From an uncultured virus (IMG/VR IMGVR_UViG_2898099943_000001) (lineage: Duplodnaviria > Heunggongvirae > Uroviricota > Caudoviricetes): a stretch of DNA of 20,000 bases. The stretch lies in the IMG/VR virus record IMGVR_UViG_2898099943_000001, positions 107,336 through 127,335 of that record. The stretch is one strand, 5' to 3'. Within the stretch, counting starts at the first letter, position 1. Every line of letters starts with the position of its first letter. Position numbers and translations under genes: made by a program. This document shows, one piece after another, positions 1-7,870 of the stretch. The notes under the pieces were generated by a model. It searched no databases. It had not been told where the DNA came from and saw only the letters and a program-made list of their open reading frames with translations.

Positions 1-69
1 AGAGTTACAATTTCAATGTTGGTTGATAATTTAGCACAAGAAGAAGGGTGGAATAAGCTAGAATGGTAG
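1..69 (+). CDS. 3' end of an upstream CDS (RVTISMLVDNLAQEEGWNKLEW*), truncated by the window edge
   Basis: Frame 1 is open from base 1 to TAG at 67-69 and overlaps the start of the next gene, as in a coupled operon. Confidence 0.45.
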   Translation, partial: RVTISMLVDNLAQEEGWNKLEW

Positions 70-749
70 AAGGTAAAAATTACACACATATTCTCAATAT
101 CAAGGTTGGTATGAATATTGACGAAGCTATCAGTCCAGAAAATATTCATGGGGTAATGTATATGCTTGGTGTTAATGACCCAGATGATGTTGAGAAAGTA
201 TTTCTACAACACAAGTATGATGAAATACAAACTACATTAGGTGCATTACATTTTGATGTGTTGCAAGGTGAAGTAGAACCTTTAAATCAAGGTCAAGCTG
301 TTGATACTAAACCAGAAACAACACAAGAAATGAAACAAGTTGAACCAGAAGAATTACCAGAAGAAAATGGTGAAATCGCTGGTGCAACAGCCACACATAT
401 CGAACCTAATGAAAACATGGAAGATGATGGAATGTTCATGACAGAACCTCCAGAAAACTTACATGATGACGACAAAATCGTACAAGATATGACAGATGAA
501 GAACAAGAGTTAATCGGTGATTACTTTGGTTACTTACAAGACCACGAAGCAGATGATGTGGTGACTTTTGTCGTAAATAAATCTTACAAAGATAAGATTA
601 ACGAAGGTGTTGTCAAAGCATTTGTTAGTGGCTTAACTGTAGTGCCTTTTATACACGAAGATTTAGGTGAACATGTATTAGCTGGAATTAAATACCTAAA
701 TAAAGAAACAAATAAGGTCGAAACGATTAAGTACGACACACTACTGTAG
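63..749 (+). CDS. Acidic hypothetical phage protein (228 aa)
   Basis: Long ORF, ATG preceded by AAGGGTGG, D/E-rich middle; no family recognised. Confidence 0.8.
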   Translation: MVEGKNYTHILNIKVGMNIDEAISPENIHGVMYMLGVNDPDDVEKVFLQHKYDEIQTTLGALHFDVLQGEVEPLNQGQAVDTKPETTQEMKQVEPEELPEENGEIAGATATHIEPNENMEDDGMFMTEPPENLHDDDKIVQDMTDEEQELIGDYFGYLQDHEADDVVTFVVNKSYKDKINEGVVKAFVSGLTVVPFIHEDLGEHVLAGIKYLNKETNKVETIKYDTLL

Positions 750-775
750 AAAACAATAAGGAGGGATTGCCTTAG

Positions 776-1930
776 TTGGCAGAATTAGAAAAAGAATTGA
801 AAAGAGGTCAAGCACGTTTTGAAGTGTTTGGCGAATTAAGAGTAAATGAAGACTCATGGGGTGAAGTTAGACAATCAGCTTCATCAACATATAAATATCG
901 TAGAGCTGCTTTGTCCGTAGACTTAGGAGAAGGACGCTCAACTTTCGTAGAATTGATGGGTGGGTATGACCCCAACCGTCCTATCTTACGTAGACTTTCT
1001 AAAACACAAGGCGAAGGCTTAATGGATATTCCCTGGGCTAACCGCCTTAACGAAAACATTGTAGCTAACGTTTCACCACAAAGTTTGATTTCAGTAGGTA
1101 AATTAGACGAAAATGGTAACATCGCTCGCAAAGTTTTTGTATCTGAATTAGACGCTATCGAAGAAATGGAAAAGACCTTTAAGAATGGTGACTCAGTTCA
1201 CATTTGGGGTGATGTTGAATATCATCGCTACAACGGTCAAATCCAAAGACGTCTAAGTATTCGTGGTATTTCTCAAATCGTACCAGACAGTTCATCAGCT
1301 GGTCGCCACGAAGCAACACTTAGACAATCATTCTTATTCTCTAAGAACTCAATTTCCCCAGATTATGAAGATGAATTAGAAGAAAAAGGCAAGACAACTA
1401 TTACAGTACACGTACCACAATATGTTGGTAAAGAAGAAGGTGTAGAAGTACGTAAAGTCTTACCATTCCCACAAACATTAGTATATAAAGCTAATAATGA
1501 AGATGAAATCAAGCGTGCAAAATTTGTTATTGAAAAATTCATGACAGTTGAAGATGACGATTTAGTACGTGAAGTTGTCTTAGTCGTTGATATGTATGAC
1601 GGTGTTGAAACATCTACTGGCGACTTTGAATTAACAGATGACTTAAAAGATTTATTAGATTTAGGTGTGGTTACAGAAGATGAATTGAAACGTACATCAA
1701 CTGTAAGTGGCAAGCGTATTCGTGAAAATATTGTATTGAAACCATACATATACAAAGACCCACGTACACAACAAATTACAGTAATGTCTAAAGACCGTTA
1801 CGATATTTCGGTTTTGAATACATCTGTTAAGGAAGAAGAACCAGAAGAGGCTTCAATCGCAGATATGTTTGGTGAAAGTGATGTTGACACACCAAGCAAA
1901 AGTGAATTAGATGAATTAGATTTATTCTAA
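776..1930 (+). CDS. Putative phage single-stranded DNA-binding protein (384 aa)
   Basis: TTG start after AAGGAGGG; OB-fold-like segment (GDSVHIWGDVEYHRY); acidic C-terminal tail ending ELDELDLF; lies just before an AAA ATPase in a replication operon. Confidence 0.6.
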   Translation: MAELEKELKRGQARFEVFGELRVNEDSWGEVRQSASSTYKYRRAALSVDLGEGRSTFVELMGGYDPNRPILRRLSKTQGEGLMDIPWANRLNENIVANVSPQSLISVGKLDENGNIARKVFVSELDAIEEMEKTFKNGDSVHIWGDVEYHRYNGQIQRRLSIRGISQIVPDSSSAGRHEATLRQSFLFSKNSISPDYEDELEEKGKTTITVHVPQYVGKEEGVEVRKVLPFPQTLVYKANNEDEIKRAKFVIEKFMTVEDDDLVREVVLVVDMYDGVETSTGDFELTDDLKDLLDLGVVTEDELKRTSTVSGKRIRENIVLKPYIYKDPRTQQITVMSKDRYDISVLNTSVKEEEPEEASIADMFGESDVDTPSKSELDELDLF

Positions 1931-1977
1931 ATTAAATTGTGCAATACAAATAAATAATAAGGTGGGATTTAGGAAAA

Positions 1978-2955
1978 ATAGCATTAAAATTTAGAAAACC
2001 AGAAAAGAAGAAAAAAGGTGCAACATTCTTAGTTTACGGAGAAAGTGGTTCTGGCAAGACATTGTTTGCTTTAGGTTTCCCTAAGTCAGCATACATTGAC
2101 GCAGAAAACGGTACTACTTTCTATGAAGGTACTGATAAAGCAGAACAAGTAGTAGGTTTCTTGGAAACACAATCATTCCAAGATATTACACAACAAACAA
2201 AAGAGTTGGTTAAGTTAATGAAGAAAGGTGATAAGACCTTTGAAACATTGGTAATTGACTCAGAAACAAAAATCTACGAAAACTTACAAGAAGCATTGTT
2301 AACAGTTGATGAAAAGCGTGCTAGAGAAAAGGGTCAAGACGCATTAGACGCAAATATTTCTATGCGTTCTTGGGGTAAGATTAAACAAAAGGCACGTTCA
2401 ATGCAAAACATGAAGTTACAATTAGCTTCTACTGGTATGAATATTGTTTCTATTGCACAACCTAAAGACACAATGGAAGATTTAGGTAATGGCAAGCGTA
2501 TCAAGGTTGGTATTGAACCAGATATGAAGAAACAAGCTAAATTTGATTATGATGTAGTGTTACGTTTCTATACGGAAGATGGCAAGTATTATGCACAAGT
2601 TGAAAAAGACCGTACAGAAGCACATTTACGAGATGAAATCATTGAAAACCCTAGCTTTGAAGATTGGGCAGAAGTAATTGCAGACCGTAAAGATTTAAAG
2701 GCGGTTGACGTTGATTACAATGTTGATACAGAAAAAGCTAAGGCAAGTTATGAAAAAGAATTAGATAACGAAGACTTGGATAGCTTACCAAAGACAGAAC
2801 AAATCAAGGTTATGTTGGGTGAGTTATCACAAGATGATAAGAAAGAGTTCGCTGGACGAATTAAAACAGAAATTGGCATTACAGGCACATTAAGTAAAGC
2901 TAGTGACGACCAATTAACACAAGCATTAGAACTCCTAAAGACTGATTTTGCTTAA
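1978..2955 (+). CDS. AAA-family (AAA_24/Sak4-like) ATPase, probable non-canonical ATA start
   Basis: Walker A GESGSGKT (2038-2061) is in frame but upstream of the track's TTG 2062; Walker B TLVIDS; no ATG/GTG/TTG between in-frame TAA 1951 and Walker A; RBS AAGGTGG at 1959-1965. Confidence 0.8.
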   Translation: MALKFRKPEKKKKGATFLVYGESGSGKTLFALGFPKSAYIDAENGTTFYEGTDKAEQVVGFLETQSFQDITQQTKELVKLMKKGDKTFETLVIDSETKIYENLQEALLTVDEKRAREKGQDALDANISMRSWGKIKQKARSMQNMKLQLASTGMNIVSIAQPKDTMEDLGNGKRIKVGIEPDMKKQAKFDYDVVLRFYTEDGKYYAQVEKDRTEAHLRDEIIENPSFEDWAEVIADRKDLKAVDVDYNVDTEKAKASYEKELDNEDLDSLPKTEQIKVMLGELSQDDKKEFAGRIKTEIGITGTLSKASDDQLTQALELLKTDFA

Positions 2956-2956
2956 T

Positions 2957-2989
2957 AAAAAGGGACTCACTTTGATAGTGGGTTCTTTT
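2957..2989 (+). terminator. Intrinsic terminator-like hairpin (possibly bidirectional)
   Basis: AAAAGGGACTCAC-TTTGATA-GTGGGTTCTTTT directly after the stop codon. Confidence 0.7.
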
Positions 2990-3020
2990 CATATTAATAG
3001 ATAAGGTGGTTTTATGAAAG

Positions 3021-4265
3021 ATTTCAAGAAGATATAAAAATAGCAAAGGCGAAACAGTTACTGTAAGTGACGAACATCTCGCTGCTGCGATTAAAATCAA
3101 GGAAGAACTACAAAAAGCCAGTCCTGGTAGACGTACAAGTTGGAAAGAACACAAAAAGTTGATGATAAAATCAGGATTTTATGATAGCGACTCAAACGAA
3201 AGCTATCGCTGTTTAATCAAAGCTGTACAAAAAGAACAAGGTAGTTTACCAAGTGTAGAGAAACACGCTGACATGTTGTCTAGCAACAAGTTACAGGGCT
3301 TAAAAGAGAAAATAGGCGAACTACATTATGCTAAGTTTGCTGAACAACAAGAACGTAGAGAACTAAATAAGGTTAAACGTGATATGTCTAAGGGTGCTTT
3401 GGTGGCAGATAGTATTAGTAATTTAGTTGCTGATATGAATTTCGCTAAATTACCTAAGAGTAAGATTTACAAAAATCAAGTTAAATCACCTAGCTCATTG
3501 ATTATCTGCTTATCTGATATTCATTATGGGGCTGATTTTTCAATTCCACAAAATGAATACAACCCAGAAATGTCTGCTAGATTACTAGATGAATACGCTG
3601 GGAAATTAATTAGTTTCATTAAAATGCGTAAAGATATTATCCACGTACATGTGGTTAATTTAGGTGACTCCATTGAACATGCTCAAATGCGTCAACAAAA
3701 TACATTTGAAGTACGTAAGACTGTATCGGAACAAGTTACAGAAATTGCTAGATTGATTTGGAAATTCTTAGCACGATTAAGTGAAGTGGCATATGTAACC
3801 TATGAAGGTATTGCTGGTAATCATGACAGATTAAATGGTAACTATAAGAATGCTTTAACTGGTGATACAGCCTCTACATTAATTAATCAAATCATTCGTA
3901 GCTTAGCAGAAGTTACTGATGGACGTGTTGAATATATCGAGGCTAAAGATTACTACTTTACTGATATTGATTTGATGGGACATAGCTTTGCTTTTGTACA
4001 TGGGGACAAACATAAGGTGGATAGTAACAACAGTGTGTTATCTAAGTTAGGTGATATTCATAACAAACATTATGACGCTGTAATTGCTGGACATATCCAC
4101 CATTACAAGATGACAGAAGTTGGAGAAAATCGTTTCCAAGTTAACTTTGGCTCATTTAAAGGTATTGACCCCTATGCAGTACAACAAGGTTTTGCATCCA
4201 GTCGGTCGCAAGGCATAATTGTAGTAAATAAAAAAGGCTACGAAATCAGACGTGTAACTCTTTAG
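3021..4265 (+). CDS. Calcineurin-like metallophosphoesterase/nuclease with N-terminal helical extension; start probably ATT 3021 (track start 3159)
   Basis: Motifs SDIHYG, LGDSIE, GNHD, HGD, GHIH; frame open from 3018; RBS AAGGTGG at 3003-3009; no clear RBS before 3159. Confidence 0.8.
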   Translation: MSRRYKNSKGETVTVSDEHLAAAIKIKEELQKASPGRRTSWKEHKKLMIKSGFYDSDSNESYRCLIKAVQKEQGSLPSVEKHADMLSSNKLQGLKEKIGELHYAKFAEQQERRELNKVKRDMSKGALVADSISNLVADMNFAKLPKSKIYKNQVKSPSSLIICLSDIHYGADFSIPQNEYNPEMSARLLDEYAGKLISFIKMRKDIIHVHVVNLGDSIEHAQMRQQNTFEVRKTVSEQVTEIARLIWKFLARLSEVAYVTYEGIAGNHDRLNGNYKNALTGDTASTLINQIIRSLAEVTDGRVEYIEAKDYYFTDIDLMGHSFAFVHGDKHKVDSNNSVLSKLGDIHNKHYDAVIAGHIHHYKMTEVGENRFQVNFGSFKGIDPYAVQQGFASSRSQGIIVVNKKGYEIRRVTL

Positions 4266-4276
4266 GTAGGTGGAAT

Positions 4277-5128
4277 ATGGCAAAGAGAGCTAAAACGTGT
4301 TTCTACTGTGGTGGAACTTTTGAAGATGAAATGGATGTTGTAGAGTTTAGAGTTCCTTATACAAGTGGGAAATCAGCTCACAGAAGATTTCATGAGAAGT
4401 GTTTGCCAGAATTTAAAAAGGTATTAGAAGAACAGGGTGGGGAAATCGAGTCAGCCTCATATCGTAAGAAGTTGAATGAGAGAAGAACTGCCCAGAAAAA
4501 GCCTAATTGTACGTATTGTGGAAGATTATTCGTTGATACAGACGAGTCATTAGTGTTGTATAACCAGTTTGGTAATAGTTATGGCAAGTATCACCCTAAT
4601 TGTTATATCAAGTACATTAACAACATGCAAAATGCAGACTTGAGAAAGCAAGAAAACAAGGAATGGGAAGAAGTATACGACTACTTTGCTTATGAAATTC
4701 TAAATATGCGACCATCGCAAGCAAGAGAGAATAAAGCTATTGTTTACAGGCTCGCAGCGTTACGAATTGGTAAGAAAAGACTTAACCGAGGTGACGTTAT
4801 TATGGGTGTTGAGGCTGGTTATTCTTATAAGACTATCCTTTACACTATGAAATACGTTAAGACACAAATCACCGAAGAATTTGCAAGTCGTAGATTTCAT
4901 GATATGAACCATAAGATTAACTATGCAATGGTTATCATCTGGAACAATATTGATTTCATTAACGGTAGAGTAAAAGCGATGGAACGTCAAAAGGAATTGA
5001 CTGAAATTGAAACTAAGAAACGCTTGGCAGAAAAAGAGAGATTGAAAGATATTAAGAAATTACCATATCAACGCAAGTCTAAAACAGGTGGTAAAGCTAA
5101 ATGGCAATGGCTTGAAGATGAGGAATAA
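4277..5128 (+). CDS. Zinc-finger protein, possibly a replication initiation/helicase-loading accessory factor
   Basis: Two CxxC...HxxC motifs (CFYC..HEKC, CTYC..HPNC); RBS AGGTGG; sits upstream of the DnaB-like helicase; function inferred from position only. Confidence 0.65.
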   Translation: MAKRAKTCFYCGGTFEDEMDVVEFRVPYTSGKSAHRRFHEKCLPEFKKVLEEQGGEIESASYRKKLNERRTAQKKPNCTYCGRLFVDTDESLVLYNQFGNSYGKYHPNCYIKYINNMQNADLRKQENKEWEEVYDYFAYEILNMRPSQARENKAIVYRLAALRIGKKRLNRGDVIMGVEAGYSYKTILYTMKYVKTQITEEFASRRFHDMNHKINYAMVIIWNNIDFINGRVKAMERQKELTEIETKKRLAEKERLKDIKKLPYQRKSKTGGKAKWQWLEDEE

Positions 5129-5145
5129 GGAGGGCTATGTTTTAG

Positions 5146-5460
5146 TTGGATAGAACTAGCGAATTAGAGTATGTAAAGAATGAACTTGAACGTAACAAAA
5201 TGTTGTTGCTATCAAGTTTTGGATTAGAAGGTATTGTTAAATCAGAAAACAAGGAACGTATTTTCATGAAGATTATAGACAATACACATAAATATTTTAA
5301 TGTTTCTAATGGAGCGGTATTGAATATGCTGTTTAACACTTTGGAAATTATGTATCGAAGTGATAAAGCACTTAAATCATTATACGACCCAGAAACATTA
5401 AGTAAATTTGCAGCCGAAGAAAAAGCATATATAACAAATAATTTGATGAAAGTAGGGTAG
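5146..5460 (+). CDS. Hypothetical protein (104 aa)
   Basis: TTG start after AAGGAGGG; tightly packed in the operon. Confidence 0.75.
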   Translation: MDRTSELEYVKNELERNKMLLLSSFGLEGIVKSENKERIFMKIIDNTHKYFNVSNGAVLNMLFNTLEIMYRSDKALKSLYDPETLSKFAAEEKAYITNNLMKVG

Positions 5461-5464
5461 AAAC

Positions 5465-6946
5465 TTGCCAAAGAAAATAGAAGAGTTGTCAGATTTTGAA
5501 AAGAACTTAGTATACGACCAACAGCGTGAAGAAGGTTTGTATGTATTATCCATATACAAAGACACAGAATTGTATTATGAATACAAATTAAAACCAGAAA
5601 TGCTTGTTAGCAAAGGTTGGAAGGTATTCTATAGTATTGCACAAGACTTAATAGATAACAGTGGTGTGCACAAACTAGACGCTGTTACAGTGGGAACTTA
5701 TGTATCTGGACAAACTGAAAAGTTTCAAGACCTATACAATTCTTTTGGTGGTTATCAAGAAATCGCTGATGGTATGGATGTGGTTGAAGAAAGCAATATC
5801 GAAACATACTACAACAATATCCAAAAATACCAAGTGTTGAGAATTTTGTACAAGAAAGGTTTCCCTATCGAAAGTCAATGGAAAAAACTTAAAAGTATGC
5901 CTTTAGAAGAACTCAACGACTATTTTACTACTGTAATCAACAATGCTTTTATTGATACAGATAGTCAAAACGAAAAGGTTGGAGATATTTTTAGAGGCAT
6001 GGACGAAATGATAGAGTCCGCTAATCTTGGTAAGGAAGCTGGTTTACCACTAAAGTCAAAGCTAATGGAAAATATACAACATGGCTTACGTTTGGGTAAT
6101 ATTACTATGCTGGCAGCTCATTCTGGTGTTGGTAAAAGTTTCTTAACAACCTTAATTCATGTTCAATCATGTATTGAGAATAAAGAGTCTGTATTAATTA
6201 TTGCTAACGAAGAAGATAGAAGTAAATGGCAACAGGAATTGTTGGTTAGATTTATTAATACAAAACATAAGAATGCTTATTTCAATAAGAACCGTTTCTT
6301 TGATGGCAATTTTTCAGATAAGGAAATGGAGTATCTAAAAGAAGCAAGTAATTGGTACAAAGCCAACATTGAAGAAAACACTATACGATTTGTAAGTATG
6401 GAAAGTTTTAGTATGGCTAAGACAATCAGATTGATTAAGAAGTATGCAACAATGTATGATGTTAAGTATTTCGTATTAGATACGTTAAAGTTAGATAATG
6501 ACACAGGCTCACATGTTAGTGATAAAAGTTGGTTAGTTATGCAACAAAACATGGTTAGATTGTATAACGTTATCAAGGAATCCAGCTTGAATGTTCATGT
6601 CTGGGTTACAGCTCAATTATCTAAAGGTGGACGCAATTCAAGATATTTAGACCAATCACAATTAGGTGTTTCTAAAAATATCATTGACGTTGCCTCATCT
6701 GTTATGTTAGTTCGTGATGTAACTCAAAGTGAAAAAGACCCAAAGGCTAAGGCTTCTGAAAGATTAACGGTGCATAATGCAGCTGGATATGAAGTTGAAT
6801 TACAACCAGAAGATGATTATGTGATTGTATTCTGGGACAAGAACCGTCAAGGGACAACTAATGAACAAGTTGTATTAAAGGTAAATCGAGGTTTAAATAC
6901 CTTTACAGATGTAGGAACTTGTCGTTTAGATAGAGCATTGGTATAG
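5465..6946 (+). CDS. dnaB: DnaB-like replicative helicase (phage type)
   Basis: Walker A AHSGVGKS, Walker B YFVLDTLK, TAQLS motif, C-terminal KNRQG arginine-finger motif. Confidence 0.85.
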   Translation: MPKKIEELSDFEKNLVYDQQREEGLYVLSIYKDTELYYEYKLKPEMLVSKGWKVFYSIAQDLIDNSGVHKLDAVTVGTYVSGQTEKFQDLYNSFGGYQEIADGMDVVEESNIETYYNNIQKYQVLRILYKKGFPIESQWKKLKSMPLEELNDYFTTVINNAFIDTDSQNEKVGDIFRGMDEMIESANLGKEAGLPLKSKLMENIQHGLRLGNITMLAAHSGVGKSFLTTLIHVQSCIENKESVLIIANEEDRSKWQQELLVRFINTKHKNAYFNKNRFFDGNFSDKEMEYLKEASNWYKANIEENTIRFVSMESFSMAKTIRLIKKYATMYDVKYFVLDTLKLDNDTGSHVSDKSWLVMQQNMVRLYNVIKESSLNVHVWVTAQLSKGGRNSRYLDQSQLGVSKNIIDVASSVMLVRDVTQSEKDPKAKASERLTVHNAAGYEVELQPEDDYVIVFWDKNRQGTTNEQVVLKVNRGLNTFTDVGTCRLDRALV

Positions 6947-6953
6947 GAAAATT

Positions 6954-6978
6954 AGCACTCAAAAACGAGTGCTTTTTT
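6954..6978 (+). terminator. Rho-independent terminator
   Basis: AGCACTC-AAAAAC-GAGTGCT followed by TTTTT after the helicase stop. Confidence 0.85.
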
Positions 6979-6990
6979 CATGTTTAATTA

Positions 6991-7018
6991 TTGACTTAAT
7001 ATGTATATATGTTATAAT
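6991..7018 (+). promoter_or_regulatory. Sigma-A type promoter
   Basis: TTGACT (6991-6996), 16-nt spacer, extended -10 TGnTATAAT (TATAAT 7013-7018). Confidence 0.75.
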
Positions 7019-7029
7019 GTAATAGTTAA

Positions 7030-7059
7030 GTTAAGAGTTTAAAGAATAAACAAATAACT
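7030..7059 (+). repeat. Dispersed 30-nt motif, copy 1 (GTTAAGAGTTTAAAGAATAAACAAATAACT)
   Basis: Near-identical copies at 15434-15463 and 17679-17708. Confidence 0.75.
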
Positions 7060-7080
7060 TACAAGCACGAAATAAGGAAG

Positions 7081-7584
7081 GTGAAAATTCTGCTTAGTAA
7101 CTCTTTCTACGAGCATTTAAAAAACGCAGAGTATAAGAACGGTTTAGATGTTGAATGGACATTAGATGATAATGACCCAGACCTAGTATGGTGCAGAGAA
7201 TATCTAAGCAATCGTTATTTCTATCAAAGATATTACGCATTTGCAAATATGGTGATGGAGAACTTAACTCTACGAACAAAACCAACTCTCAAGCAAGTCC
7301 TTTCTAAATTTGCTGGTAAAAAGACGGATGAGCCATTCATAAAGAAGTTGAAAACAGATAAACACTTCAAAGAATATGTAAGTCTTGTCAAAAAACACCA
7401 AAATCATTATGTATTATCTAGTTCGCTCGGCATAGATGATACTACTATCTTTTCTAGTAAGGCAAAAGCCCTTAAATATATCCGTACAAATAATTTACAA
7501 GGCTATATTCCTTACCCCTACAACAAGTTACTTTGCAAGAAATACTTGAGAGGGAGGAGGGACATTGATGGAAATTGTAACTGA
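7081..7584 (+). CDS. Basic hypothetical protein (167 aa)
   Basis: GTG start after AAGGAAG; first gene after the promoter. Confidence 0.7.
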   Translation: MKILLSNSFYEHLKNAEYKNGLDVEWTLDDNDPDLVWCREYLSNRYFYQRYYAFANMVMENLTLRTKPTLKQVLSKFAGKKTDEPFIKKLKTDKHFKEYVSLVKKHQNHYVLSSSLGIDDTTIFSSKAKALKYIRTNNLQGYIPYPYNKLLCKKYLRGRRDIDGNCN

Positions 7585-7870
7585 TGAAGGTCGTGGAACT
7601 TTCAAGTTAAGACGTGATTTTAACATGGCAAAGTTCAAGTCGATTATTCATTATGAAATGTTCACAACTCTTGACCTTAAAGAGTATCACCGTTCTAAAG
7701 GTGCTATATCAGCTGTTTTAAGTAAAGATGATGTGGACAGGGCTATTGAGTCTGGTAGACCAATTTTGGTTTATCATGAAACAAGTAATCATGTAGCAGA
7801 TATGCTAGATTATTACAATGTTGATGACGCTCAAGCATTGAAAATAGTAAAGGCTGTGAAAAGCTCATGA
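7565..7870 (+). CDS. Hypothetical protein (about 100 aa; start may be ATG 7568)
   Basis: Strong RBS GGGAGGAGG; stop overlaps the next ATG (ATGA). Confidence 0.75.
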   Translation: MMEIVTDEGRGTFKLRRDFNMAKFKSIIHYEMFTTLDLKEYHRSKGAISAVLSKDDVDRAIESGRPILVYHETSNHVADMLDYYNVDDAQALKIVKAVKSS

